Shown: piece after piece, positions 1 through 13,861 of the stretch
How positions within the stretch are numbered: the first letter of the stretch is position 1
Layout: every line of letters begins with the position of its first letter
Assembly: GCA_012295275.1 (NCBI GenBank)
Contig: CM022677.1
Location: forward strand, 5,828,001-5,892,000
DNA: 64,000 bases
Direction: 5' to 3'
Origin: Chrysomallon squamiferum
Taxonomy: Eukaryota; Animalia; Mollusca
Program-made: the position numbers and the translations under genes
Notes under the pieces: generated by a model
The model's input: the letters and a program-made list of their open reading frames with translations, nothing else
Told to the model about the DNA's origin: nothing
The model's database searches: none

Positions 1-321
1 AAACTAGTAGCGACAATATTTTGAGCATAAGCACGCTCTAAGTTACTTGATGAGTAAGTAATGAAAATGTTTGTCATAATAAACAGTAAGTAAATTCATA
101 CACTAATAGTGACAATGTTCAGCATATAGTGGAACACTTATAATTAGTTTTGACACAAGAAGATTGAAAGAAAGAAGTAACAACACGTTTTTTAACATTA
201 CAATCAGATTTATTTACTAACACACACTGTGACATACAACATTGTGAACCTTAAGATTACAGTGAACTGAACTTTATTTTAACAAAATATGTTAATTTTC
301 CATTATTTTATGTGGCTTGAT

Positions 322-327
<6 letters not shown>

Positions 328-409
<82 letters not shown>
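328..409. repeat. (CT)n microsatellite
   Basis: Pure CT dinucleotide run; explains the SLSLSL ORF. Confidence 0.97.
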
Positions 410-416
<7 letters not shown>

Positions 417-1671
417 ATTTAATATTATTAAAATGAATTTACTTTTAATCTGTTTTACCCTTTACAGAAATATTATGCAGTCACTGAGGATAATATGTAA
501 GTAAACCTTTCAATTTTGTTAATATATTATCGTATTTAAATTAAATAACAGCGATAATAATTAATTAAAAAAAAAAAAAAAAAAAAAAAAATGATTCAAA
601 CTTGTAATAAAATAAATGAATAATAATAAGCAACACAAAAAAAAAAAAAAAAAATAAGGATGAAAAGCAATCATTTCTATTCTTAAAAGAAACAAGCAAA
701 AACAAAAACAAAAAACTATTTCTTGAGTTAAGAAATAAAGTTAAAATGAAGCCGATATATCATTTTATTTTATTTTATTTATTTATTTATTTATTTTATT
801 ATTATTATCGGAACACTGCAAAGCAGACGAAGAAACTAAGACGGCATTCGGGAAGTTTCGGAATAATCCGAATGGTCACGACCATACAATACTGGGTCAG
901 CGAGCCTCCCGGTTTTGTTTATCAAGACTACCGTTAAGTACAGTCATGTCCGGTCTTAAAAATTAGTGTTTATAAAAAGATGGTAAATTAAGGTAATCCG
1001 ATACGTCCAATTTATCGAACTAGGGGAAACCTTTTATGTGAAATAAAATCATTAATAGTGGCTCTTGTTGCCGAGACGGAACTTTGGTCGCAATTGACTT
1101 AATTTAAAATGTTAATTGTTATTATGTGTAAAAAACATTTTTATATATTAGGTAATAGGATTCCTGCTGGTATTTATATTATTTGGACATAAGAAAAAGA
1201 AAAAGAAACATTATTATTAAACACATTTTACATTTTATGTTTTGAAGATGCATAAATAAAATAAATTACTTTTCATTCTTCCTAAAGATTATCATTATTA
1301 TCAATTTTTTTATGTGAAATAATCTTTTTTAATAAAAATGTTTGACAAAATTACAGTTTTGTCACTAAATTGGAAAAAAACTTAAAGCATTCAGTTTCCT
1401 TTTTGTTGGTTATTATGAACAATAATAAAATACAGAAAAACCAGAGTAAAATAAATTTATTCTGACTAAATTATTTGTATTTTTAATATTTTAGGTAGAT
1501 TTAAATAGTAATTTGTTTTTGTTTCCAGAGATTACCAATGATAAATTTTATACTTTTTTTTTTAACCATAATTTTATTTATTAGAGCTATCAATAATAAA
1601 TGTTACATTTTTTTTTAGTTGACTCACTTTTTAAGGTTTATCAGTGATAAATGTAATTTATCACTTTACAG

Positions 1672-3549
1672 GATAAACAAGCTATTTCTGTCCAGACAAA
1701 AGGCCAGGATCCTTCAGGCCAAGGATGACCACTTGACCATGTGTGTAGTGCACAGTTCAGTGAAGAGCAATCACTTCTCCAGTCCTGACTTTTAAGAGAA
1801 ATTTGTACAGACTCAGACACTCAGATGTACTCAACATGTTTGTAAACAGATGCTGGGTATAATAGACAGGTAATTCAGTTTACTACCAGATTTTATAAAC
1901 TTTTAAAATAATAAATTACTTAATTTCACCTGAGAATGTTTTAATATTAATATTATTACATATATTTTTATTGTTTATTTGTAAATACAGACTTTGTCAT
2001 TGATTTAACAATTGTGATAACATAGCTGTAAGATGAAATAGTCAATTGAACATGTATTTTAGAAAGTTTAAATTTAAAATTTAGAATAAGATAAAGATTA
2101 TAGATTTTATTTGCTATCAGTTTAAAAAGGTAAAAAATAAAAATAAATAAAGTATATTTTATTATTAAAATTATTAGATTCATACTTACAGGTTCTGAGT
2201 TGATTTGTTCAAACTTGTGTTAAACACACACATCCATCCCCAGATAATCAAAACTACAGGAACAACAAGAAATATTTTAATAAATACAATTTGACTTTAT
2301 TTTATTTCATTTAAATTTTATTTCACTCGAGATATATATTCGTTGAAAATATCATTCCAAATTCAAATGAAGAAATAAAATTGTAATAGTTCTACGAAAA
2401 TGTACAATGTAATGTTTTATTTTCAGAAACAAGCTGGATGTTATATCAGAATCACCAGAGAGTACAGAAATCTATTTACATCAGATTCTTACAGCAAAGA
2501 AATCACAGGACAGTTACAGACCATCAGATGTTTTACATCAGTGCTGTTTTAACAGGCTCAGTGATTGGTAAGTAAACACTATGTACATCACATTTGTATT
2601 ACAGACATTTTTGTTTTAAATGTATGAATGTCATGTCTGATGTTTTGGACACAAGCTGGTGTTGTACACAGAGTACAGAAATCTATTTACAGCAGATTCT
2701 TCACATCATTTTGTTTAACTGTCTGGTAAATCAATGTAAATTTTTCTCTCACAATTTAAAATAAACTTTTCCCTAAGGCCTTTCGATAACCATGAAGTGT
2801 GAAAAATAATTTTAAATGGTCTGTTTCGGATGATAATTATTTATTATTATTTTTGATAATGACAGTGTAAGAAAAAAAACCTCTACATTTTCACTGTTAA
2901 TTAAGTCAGCTATTTTTATGTTCAATTTTCAGTGTACATTTTAATACATGAGTAACAGACTGCAGAATTCAAGATTGATACTAGAATCTGTTACTTCTCA
3001 TCTCAACTCTCTGCTTTTAAATCACAAAACATCACATTTGAATTTTACCTAGTCTTGATTTTACATGTCAAATTGTATAATACAAATTCAGAGGTAAATT
3101 TCATAATCAGGACATATTAATACTGTTTATACAATTCTGAATATTATTTTAGTTTTAGTAAAAACACATTTATTTTTGTTTTAAATTTTCAGGTTTGTTT
3201 ATAATAAGAAGTGTTAATGATAATCATCTGTTCATTCTAAATGGCTTCTTGAGTTTGTCTCCAAGTGATTCAAGTTTTCTGATCACACTGAACTAAGCAA
3301 GCAGAAGATGAAACATCTCTAAAAAAATAAAAAGAAGCTGAATGCTTGGAGAATATTGAGAACTTCTAGAAAAATCCACACCAAACAAAAGTTTAAAAAC
3401 ATTACTTGTGTGAGTCATGGACTACTTACTGAATAATTTATAAATCTGTGATTTCAGAATGAAAGTCACAATGTTCTTCATACAAGATATAGTTACATAC
3501 AGACCAATATACAAAATGTTTGGACCAGATACAGCACCAAGTTCAGTCA
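1672..3549 (+). pseudogene. Spliced fragment of an unidentified gene with in-frame stops; exons ~1672-1869, 2427-2567, 3193-~3549
   Basis: AG/GT-bounded exons with matching phase-2 junctions. They read INKLFLSRQKARILQAKDDHLTMCVVH..FSSPDF*EKF..MLGIID(R)NKLDVISESPESTEIYLHQILTAKKSQDSYRPSDVLHQCCFNRLSD(W)FVYNKK..VMDYLLNNL*ICDFRMKVTMFFIQDIVTYRPIY. TAA at 1793-1795, more stops in the third exon. Family not recognised. Confidence 0.6.
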
Positions 3550-5739
3550 GGTCTGTGTAAAAAAAAAAGACTTTAGTTTTTATAAATGATGTTAGAAATC
3601 CTTGATTACTGCTTTGAAAAAAAGTACACATTTTATATAAAGGTGTTTGATCCAGGGGAGATAATTTCATTTTTCTGTTTTATTTTTTGTATTTCTTAAT
3701 TTCATTTTTTTTTTTTTTAATCTACTGAATTATCTATACCAAGTATAAAATAACAAAGAACACTAAGACTTCTGGTAAAGATTTAGCCAATAAACTTATC
3801 TTAATAAAACATAAAATGGAAGTAGATAATTTTGTTTTTTTTTAAGATAAAATCAGAAATTATAAATTTTCTGAATAAATAATTTTCAGATTACAAGTTA
3901 TTTGTTATTTTTTTCTGTAAACAAATATCTTGGTATTTTTTATTTAATTAATTTGAATATTTTATTATTATACTTTTGTTGGACAGATCAGAAATCTTGG
4001 TATTTTTATATTTTACAGCACCCTTTGCTCTCATCTTTAAAACCTTATAAAACATTTTAAAACAAATTTAATTTAAAAGTTCAATTATACCATGCTTTTT
4101 TGAATTTGTAATTAAGGATTTTTATAACATTTTTCTAAAATTGTGTTTTTATATGAAAAAGTAGTTTTGATATAATTTGTTTTTTTGTCGTAATAAATAT
4201 TTCAAATTATTTTCTATTCTGTTTTGAATTTAATATTGTTAGCTAACATTATTAAACATCCTAAAGTGAGGAATATTTTTATTTACATAGTTTTGGTATA
4301 TTAACTGAAACTTGATAAACATTACAAATTCTTACATATTAGTAGCTGTACAAAATTATTTGAATTTTCTGATTCAGGTTGAGTGCATGAAATGTCCGTA
4401 ACACAGAGAGAAAAAAATCACATGCTAGTTTAGATTGTTTATTTTAAGAAAAGTAAATAAAATTTGATTACATATATTTATTTATTTATATTTCAAAAAT
4501 TGAAAAACAGATCTGTTAGGATATTTTCTTTACACTGTCAAACTAGAAGTGAAAACATCAGCCTAAGAGACACACACTGATGTACTGGGTGAACCAAAAC
4601 ATATTTTCTGAACATTAACACCTCATATTTCCTATGTCACAGTTTGATGTGTAGATTGGGAAAACAATTCCTGACTGCAGCACTGCGAGAAGACAGCAAC
4701 TGTTACAGTCTCTGATACTGCATTGTCCCACTCTGCTGTATGAGTCAGGTAAAGGACTAGCTCAGTCCTTCGTATCGTCAGTGTGGCGAGACATCACTCT
4801 CATGAAAACTGCCTTCCCAAGTTTCTGTCTCATCTTGTTCTGCTGTTTTCTTCTTTGTTTCCTTTCTCTTCTCGTCCAGCTTCAGTTTCAGACGTCACCT
4901 GCTCTTCAACTTCCTGGCTGCTGTGTTTGCCACCGTCATGCACTGTCCTCTCAGTCATCTGCCAAGTGCTTTCATTTGACAACATAACAAATGAAGTGTT
5001 TAAACAAACATCAGCTTATTTTCACAAGAACACAGACTTCAACAGCACTCTGCCGTTTACATGTTTCTGTCCATGTAAACCATCACAGAACCATCAACAT
5101 CGCTGTCTTCTGCAACAGGAACAGAGGGTAAGGAAACTTCAACACAAACATCCGGATTAATGTAAAACACTTCATAGCCTCTGTTTGCCATCTGACATTG
5201 ACCTTCACCTACATTATTTTCAGTTATCCGTGGTGTTAGCCGAGTGTCAGACAATGGACTGACACTTACTGGTTCATCTGACAGACAACTCTGTGTGGTG
5301 TTGAGGTCCAGAGAGGCAGTGGCTTCCGCAGTTATGTCCCCTTTGCTTGGAAATCCATCAGCTGTGACATGTGATGTATGAGGAAATTTCCTAGACATTG
5401 TTGGAGATGTTGTCCTGTTTCTTGGAGTTTTGTCTCTTTCCTGTGCTTTTCTTTGGCTGGTTTTAGCATTAAAGCTTCAAGTTTTTCTCCCTTATTGCTC
5501 ACATTTGACTGTTGAGATTGGTCACCTGGTGTAGTAACACTACAACTTCATGCTGACAGAGTTGTTGTAGTTGGACGTGGTCGGCTGCAGTGTGTGTTAC
5601 AAGTCAGGTAAACAAAACTGAGCTGCTCACTGGTGAAACTTTGACACAAGACTGCGTCGAATCTGATGTTGGACAAGAGCGAAAAACACACTGGTCTGAA
5701 TCTGACTGGTGAGAGCACCATCTCGTCTGTGTAAACAAA

Positions 5740-5895
5740 TAAATCAATAAAATACTGAATAAAATATTAAGTAAATAAACAAACATATAAAATACTGAAT
5801 AAACTATTAACTAAACAAACAAACAAATAAAATATTGAATAAAATATTAACTAAACAAACAAACAAATGAATAAAATAGTAAATAAAATAGTAAA
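5740..5895. repeat. Degenerate ~40-bp intronic tandem repeat
   Basis: aaatactgaataaaatattaa..aaacaaacaaa repeated about 4 times. Confidence 0.7.
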
Positions 5896-7047
5896 AAATG
5901 TATTAATCATTTTTCTTTCTTTCTCCCCCTGTTCAACTAACAACTATATTTTTATACTATTATTGTTATAACTACTACAACAAAAACAACTACTACTACT
6001 ACTACAACCACTACTGTTCCTGTTTCTACACCTACTTTTCATTTGACTTTTATAATTTCTCATTTAACTGTTATATACTCAAACTCCCTCTATTACTACT
6101 ACTATTGCAACAATAAATCTGCTATTAGTACTGCTCCTACTACTATAACTAGTACTATAACTAGTATGTTTCTGACTGAGTCACACAAGATTCATTATGA
6201 TCACAAAGCATCATCGGCTAAAATATCACCTATTAGTACAAACAAGAACTATTATTATTAAGTACTAATGCTATAACAACTACACTACTACAACAATGAG
6301 TTTACTACTACTACTGCTATTACTATAACAACAACAACAACCTCTGCAGATGATTCTGTTTCTGCCAGGCTAGTACAGATTCTGTGATGACATTTCTCTC
6401 CTGTGGTGAACTCACAGAATTACCTCTTCTTGTGTACTGAGCAGTTTCTGAAAAACAAGTTTTTATTTATTTACCTTTGTTGATACAAAATATTTCTCTT
6501 ACTCAATTCTTAGAATCATCAAATTATAGTGAAAACTAAGAGATGGCAAAATTAATTTTTAAACTTTCAGATAAAAACAAAATAAAGTGAACTGCATTCT
6601 GTGAGTTGAAAACAAAACAAGAAATGGTTTTCGTTACTCTTACTTGTGTCTTAGTACAAATATAAACTAACAAGAAATGAAACAATGCAAAAGGAAATAA
6701 GGAAATATGGAAGTAAACTAAGTTATCCTGCTATTTGTATACACAGTTAATTTACTTGTTATTGTAGACTATCCTTGCACTAATCTGTTTTTCTTACTCT
6801 GTATTGAGAATATTTCACCAATACCAAAACAGAGAAGAATGTCAGTAGATTGTTAAACAGAAAACTTAATGTGTGTGTTTTTCATACCAGTTTTTTTAGA
6901 AACTTCTCTGTCTGTCTGCTGTCTGTGTGTGTCCCATTCTGATGTTTAGGTAACAACACCTGTCTGTTTAGTGCTATGTTCCTATCAAGCAAAATAAAAA
7001 AATAAAAAATAAAAATTTTTAATGCCTTTATTAATAACATTATTTAC

Positions 7048-7081
<34 letters not shown>

Positions 7082-7921
7082 ATGCCATTTGCAGATACAA
7101 ATATATTTAAGCTATTTTATTTCAAATGTGCATGCATGCATTCAGACATACTGATGAACACATACAGTCTGAGGTAATGAATAATTAAAGATAAGTATAT
7201 TTTTAATATAGTCTAAACTCTTAATTTAAAAAAAATCGGTATCTTTTAAATATACATCATTATAACCTGATTATTGATAAATATAAATTCTGCTAAAATA
7301 AAGAAGAAATATTTTATTTAAGAACATACATCACATGTTTTTTACTAGTTCTTTGTATTTTAAAAGGCGAATAACAATAAAGCATTTAAAATTTTGTTTA
7401 ATATTAACTTTTGTTATTAGTAGCCTTCTCAAATACTGAACATTGTTTAAAGATCTTTCAAAGACTGAAATCATTCATTTTAAATAATAAAAATTGATTT
7501 ACATACATAAAAGCATCCCTCTAAATATACACTAAAACTGAATAGTATAAATCCCAATCTTTCCAGTACAATAATAAATTTCATAAATTAATATAATGAA
7601 AGATTAATTAAAAAATCTCACAAAACTTACTTTCTGCTTCCTGACCAATCAGAAGCTGTCCTGTCTCTGTCAGTTTTATCACTTCTATCCAGAAGAACTG
7701 CTCTGCAGGAAAGACTAACAGTTTTTCTCGTATTCTATCTCAGGTGTACAGGACGTCCTTGTAAGTGAAATTGAAAAATTGATGAGGCAAAGATTATATA
7801 AAGAATTAGGTATTCCTAACCCATCTTTCAAACATATGTCTAAGAAAAAATAAATAACAATCATGCAGTTAATATCTAATAATACAGGAAAAAATAAGGA
7901 GGATGATATACGACTGTGGAT

Positions 7922-7925
<4 letters not shown>

Positions 7926-8008
<83 letters not shown>
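7926..8008. repeat. (AG)n microsatellite
   Basis: Pure AG run; explains the ERERER ORFs. Confidence 0.97.
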
Positions 8009-8009
<1 letters not shown>

Positions 8010-10329
8010 ATGAAAATTTGTCTATACATTTTGTTGATTATAAAATTAAAAAACCAATGACAACTGTATATAAACTGTATATAAACATTCATAATTTAAT
8101 ATATGCTAAATTTTAAAGTTACCAACTGATTCATTATTTTATTTACAAAAGTTGTGTTTATTAAACTAACCATGAAAACTGAGAGGCTGCAGACAATAGA
8201 AACTACAGTACATTGTCTGCTATGTAACAGGAAAGTTAAACACTTTAAAATACTCATTCCTTTGTTTTAAAATACACAAATAAACATTTACAACAAAATA
8301 ACTGCATTTATATCAATGTAAGTATACGCATGTGTGTGTATGCATGTGTCTGTGGGTACGTGTATATGTCTCTGTGTTGGTGTGTGTATGTGTGTACTTA
8401 CTGATATATCATTTACAAACAGCAACTTCATATATTAAATTAAATTAAACTCCATTAGGTTTAGAATAATGAGAAATATAAAAGAAAACAAACTCAAATT
8501 CACCTGCTCAGAATTGTTCTCTTTTGCAATGGCAGCAGTACAAACTTTATTTAACCAGAAAATAACTGTGACCTCAGTGTCTGATGGAAGTTCACTGGAT
8601 GTGTTAAAAGTTGTAATTTGTCTGAAAGTTTAAAAATTTCTTGTTCAAAATGCTGAATGAAAAGTCTGAGGTGTCATTGCATATATGATAAATTATACAA
8701 AATGTGCAGCCCAGATTTCATTCTCCATCTCCCTCTGTTCTCTGTCTTTCCATCCTTCATCCTCTCTCCTTCCCTCATACATTCATACATTTACATATTT
8801 AATTGCAGTCATCATAATACTTCTCCTTCTTAGTGACCAAAGTAGAAGGATGAATGCCTTTAAATACACCTCAAAAATAAAATAAATTAACTTTAACACA
8901 CCCAAACAAACTCATTTTAATTAAAAAAATCATTCAAAGTTTAGCATTTAACAAGATAAAATTTTAAAAAAAATAAAGAAATAAATAAAAACAACATACC
9001 TGACAGCTTGAACAGCATGTTCTACTGAAACAATTTCACTGGCATATGCCAACATCAGCACATGAGTTAGAGCTGTACATGCATACCTAAAAAAGTAAAA
9101 AGCAATAATAAACAAACAGTTAGAAATAAATAATTAATACTTCTGACATGCTTTTGTGATTAATAAAGTATGTTACCAAGCAATGCAACAAAACAACAGC
9201 AAATAACTGATGATTATTACACTATTTTATAATTAATTAACAACTACTACAAAACTTATTTTACTCTCTAAGACACAAAAATAAAATAAACTTACAACTG
9301 AGAATGGTGCAGGCTACATGAGAATGGTTTCTGTAACAGCTGATTCATCCTTCTCCATGATGTAAATTCCCTTTCTAGACAACACCTGAATAATACTGCA
9401 GTGAGATACATAAAATATTTAACATCAATATTAAATATAAAGTTTAGTAATTTTTATAACAAAATGCATTTATCTGACAAATGTAGATCCATATATACAT
9501 ATATATAATTTTCTTTAATTATTGTTGCATAGATCAGTGCTTTTAAAGTTGCATTTTACTGCATGGTTTTTAGCATAATTGCTAAAGACAGATCTCTTCT
9601 CTCCAAAAAAGCTGTGGTTGGACTTACGTACCTTTGGCTGAACGAGATTACAAATTCAGGTGCTAAATTCAAACTAATATATGCTTGAAAAATAGTAAAT
9701 TAATGTTGTTGACCCTTATATTGCCTTAAGATGTTGTTTAGATTCTTGCTGAGAAATAGACTAAAAATGTATTTGTATGCAAACAAAAATACCAGCCAGT
9801 CTGTAGTTTTGTGTGTACTATGCTGCTGCAAGAGAAACAAATAACAAATAACTTGTATGTTACAAAATTTTCAAAAAAATAATTTTCATTATAAATTATG
9901 TATCAGAAAAAACAACCCAATAAAAACAGATTAAAATCACTCCAAGGTATCTTTGATAACTTTGATATGAAAAAGATTTTGAATATGTATCTGAATAAAA
10001 TTTACCTGCATTTTCCTTTCAAAATCAATGGAGAACCAGTAATTGATTTTGGTCATTTGACAACATAAACAAAGTGTATTATATACATATTAAAACCAAA
10101 GCTACATATATCCAAATAAAGCTTTTTATGCCTTCTAGAGCTGTAGTTACTTCCATTTGTTGATCTATTTCAATACAAACTTAGTGCTTTACCCATTCGC
10201 AAATTCGCTAGGTGGTAGTTTGTGCTTAGACATGAATGGCTCAGTCTTTGAGACAAGCATCTATGACTACTGGAAGGATCAACCAGATAGCTGCTCTTTT
10301 CTTTCTTTCTGGATTTTTTTTCTTTTCGT

Positions 10330-10650
10330 TTCGTTTCCGTGTGCCTGACCCGCGTCCAGCGAGGGGCACCCGTTGCAAGACCGTCGACGTGAGGTTTCGT
10401 TCCCTCGAACGCGCCGAGTACAGCGCAGTCATTCAGTCGAGTCGGCGGGCACGGTCCAGACCGAAGCGGGCTCCTGCGAATGGGGAGCGCTCGCGCCGAG
10501 TCTGTACCGAGCGTGCAGAGCCGGCCTCGCTGAGCGAGAGAGCGCGGAGATACATCTCCACGTCTTTAGGCTAATATTAGCAAACACTTCGCCAGACAAA
10601 GCTGTCTCGAGCCGAGTTCGTCTAAGCTGACCGCGAACGGTTTCTACGAA
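10330..10650 (+). other. GC/CpG-rich island, possibly an orphan terminal exon
   Basis: Abrupt GC- and CpG-rich block in AT-rich DNA, preceded by a pyrimidine tract, a cctgac branch-like motif and ccag (acceptor at 10358-10359). Two plus frames stay open to 10574 and 10630. No recognisable protein or RNA family. Confidence 0.35.
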
Positions 10651-11027
10651 TGTACTTGTGTTATGTTGTTATGTTATGTTATGTTTGTACGTATATTTGT
10701 GTTAGCGCGCGCGTGTGTGTGTGTGTATGTATGTATGTATGTTATTATTATTATTATTATTATTGCTGTTATTCTTATTATTATAACGTAAAATTGAATT
10801 GCCAGATCACGACGGCGCGATAATCAGTGTATTTTCATTTCAATTTTGTTTTTCTTCATTTGAAAATTAAATAAATAAACAAACAAATGAGTGAAAAACT
10901 AAACAAACAAAAACAGATAATAATAATAATGCCGTTGAAACCGATTTCTTCTCGGCAGGGCCAGGTTCTCCTTGACTCGACTCGTCGAACGAGAGAAAAC
11001 ACGTCGGGTTTGATCAGTCCGGTGGAA

Positions 11028-11435
11028 TTATTATTGTTGTTGTTGCTGTTGTTGTTGTTATTATCGTTATTATTTGTATTGTTATTGTTGTTGTTGTTGT
11101 TATTTGCATTGTTGTTGTTGTTGTTGTTGTTATTGTTGTTGTTGTTATTTGTGTTGTTGTTGTTATTATTATTGCTGTTACTATTATTATTATTATTATT
11201 GTTGTTACTATTATTATTATTATTATTGCTGTTACTATTATTATTATTATTATTGCTGTTACTATTATTATTATTATTATTGCTGTTACTATTATTATTA
11301 TTATTATTGCTGTTACTATTATTATTATTATTATAGTAGAGTGCCGTAGACACACACGCATACCTTTCTTTCTTTGAATACAACAACAGCAACACTGTTT
11401 AATCTGAAATTGACATCGGTATTGCACTATTACTG

Positions 11436-11527
<92 letters not shown>

Positions 11528-11566
11528 GCTACCACTACTAGTACTACCACTACTGCTACTACTACT

Positions 11567-11619
<53 letters not shown>

Positions 11620-11910
11620 CACTATCACCACCACTACTACTACTGCTACTACCACTACTACTACTACTACCACTATCACCACCACTACTACTACTACTAC
11701 TACCACTGGATTGTTTTCCAGTTTGTTAGTTTCAAAAAGATAAATAAAGAAATAAAGGAATAAATAATAGTAAGAAGAAGAAGAAGAAGAAGACAAAAAG
11801 TGAAAGTAGAAAAAAAGAACCACATTATCATTATAATAATATTATTATTAATATTGTTGTTATTGCTATTATTATTATTATTATTGTTGTTGTTGTTGTT
11901 GTTGTTGTCG
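11028..11910. repeat. Compound trinucleotide microsatellite (TTG/TTA, CTA/CCA, GAA)
   Basis: Successive triplet runs; source of the poly-N/L/V/C/Y ORFs. Confidence 0.95.
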
Positions 11911-12029
11911 ATGTTGTAATGTTCGTAGATTTACCGTTGTGAAATACAGACGCATGGAAAGTGTCATTCTTGATGTTATTTACTACAGACATTCCTTTTT
12001 TCAGTTTTATTTACCATAACATACATGTC

Positions 12030-12030
12030 A

Positions 12031-12078
<48 letters not shown>

Positions 12079-12209
12079 AGAATGAGATACAAACACAAAT
12101 ACACAGAAAGAGATAATACATATACAAACACACACATAGAAGACACACAAACACACACACAGACATACACAAAAACATACACAAGAGCGAGAATTAGAAA
12201 TATGTACAC

Positions 12210-12286
<77 letters not shown>

Positions 12287-12497
12287 TTTTAGAAGATTAG
12301 TTCTGAGTGTTTGACAATTTCAGGTTCATTTAGGTGTACACATGAGGTGTGATGTAAATCTTTTAAGTGTCACTTTATTAAAAGGAATACAATATCACAA
12401 ATATACGCAAACTTGAAATATAATTGTAAATTTGATACATTTTATTAATTTAATGACTAATTAATCTAATCTCTCTCTTTCTGAGCTAAACCTACAA

Positions 12498-12540
<43 letters not shown>
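12030..12540. repeat. (CA)n, (AG)n and (TG)n microsatellites
   Basis: Dinucleotide runs at ~12032-12071, 12218-12282 and 12499-12539. Confidence 0.95.
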
Positions 12541-12629
12541 AACCTGAGTAAAATTATAATTTTCTCTCAGCATAACTAAATTGATTTCCTGATGTTAATT
12601 ATTCTGTGAAGTGTGGTGATAATCTGCTG

Positions 12630-13100
12630 CTGATTCGCGCTCTGTTTATCTACAGCTTCGTGAATAAATGCAGAGAGAAGTGGACGGAATTTTTACTTAG
12701 CGCCATTTAATAGGTTATTTTGTATCTTTTTTGTTCCATTTCTTATAGCTTTTCACATCTCATTCGATTTCTTTACTGAAGCGAAACTTACTATGCTGCT
12801 TGTTTGCACGTGTGAACAATAACGAATATACGAGTGTTTTATAATTGTCGAGGACACACTCCACACACAGTCATATTGAAGATGTGATCGTTTTATTAAG
12901 TAATGAAATAAACTACAAGATTAGAAGTAAAGTTGTTTTAACAATGCACTGGGCAAGTCAAGTCGGCACCCATGTCCGTAAATATGTCACGTGATATTTT
13001 ATAGGAAGAAAAATATTAATAGTATTTTAATGTGAGTTATTTGACGTCAGCTGTTAGAAGATGATAACAAGATGATAACGAGGTTTCTACGTAAGTTGAT
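12630..13100 (+). promoter_or_regulatory. Putative promoter/first-exon remnant
   Basis: CpG-retaining patch with a GCGCCATTT (YY1-like) motif at ~12700, E-box GTCACGTGAT 12986-12995, CRE TGACGTCA 13042-13049, then donor-like tac|gtaagt at 13091. Motif-based only. Confidence 0.35.
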
Positions 13101-13714
13101 AATCTAGTGAAAATATTTCACGTACTTCAAAAATGTATTTTAATGTTTATTCAGTATATGCAGTTTTAATTAGATAGTCTTTCAATACTTTTGACATACT
13201 TAAAACAAATTCAGCTCAGACATTCATTTTACTCTTTCTATCGCCTTAACATCAACTGCATCTTGGTTTGGAAATCTTTTCAAAAACTATCTTTTAATTT
13301 ATTGTTTTCAATAATTGTAGTAATATACCAGAGTAAAATATTTCAGTTTTTAACAGTGATATTGAAAATGTTTAATTGTGCACACATGAATATAAGCAGC
13401 ATTGAATCATTAACATCCAATATCGCGTCTGATGTCTTTCTGTTATAGTGCCTTGTTTGTGAATTCAATAATAATAATAATAATAATAATAACAATAGTA
13501 ATACAATAAATAAATAAACTAAATTCTGACCATTCTGATTATAAAACAGTTTTATAAATTTCTCAGCATTGTTATATTCAGCTGTTAAATCTCAGTAGTG
13601 CACTTTTTAAAACCTTTCACTTCTGTGAAACAGCCATTTGTGTGATGTACGTAAAAACAAGAAAAAACAGAAATGTATTACTTCATTGACAGTTTATGCT
13701 TTTATTATTATTAC

Positions 13715-13766
<52 letters not shown>

Positions 13767-13830
13767 TTATTACACATTTTTTTCACTTTCAAAGGTAATT
13801 ACTATTTTAACTATTTTTTAGCACAATATG

Positions 13831-13861
<31 letters not shown>

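Larger units (their letters stand above)
4640..9385 (-). pseudogene. CAMSAP: CAMSAP/Patronin (microtubule minus-end binding protein) unprocessed partial pseudogene; exons 9385-9296, 9086-9000, 8621-8504, ~8235-8171, 7839-7631, 6981-6888, 6447-6342, 5726-~4640
   Basis: Spliced translation matches CAMSAP-family motifs recalled from knowledge: VLSRKGIYIMEKDESAVTE; LMLAYASEIVSVEHAVQAVRQITTFNTSSELPSDTEVTVIFWLNKV; CH domain FYCLQPLSFH-DICLKDGLGIPNSLYNL..TYKDVLYT..LLVFPAEQFFWIEVIK; LKPAKEK; CC1 LKLDEKRKE..RQKLGKAVFMRV. Canonical GT-AG introns. TAG at 9314-9316 and several frameshifts. No CKK domain or first exon seen. Confidence 0.88.

Noticed and set aside
806-1100. CpG-rich patch as promoter of the plus-strand fragment
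   Set aside because: Plausible, but no convincing motif set or exon link; could equally be a repeat fragment.
4781-5160. Plus-strand ORFs of 68 and 125 aa
   Set aside because: Antisense to the CAMSAP CC1 exon, which explains the composition.
10340-10650. 7SK, RNase P/MRP, U3, telomerase RNA or rRNA
   Set aside because: None of the diagnostic motifs I know could be found on either strand; left as an unexplained island.
10856-11823. Long poly-N/L/V/C ORFs
   Set aside because: Translations of trinucleotide microsatellites. The same applies to the SLSL, ERER, THTH, IIII and YYYY ORFs elsewhere.
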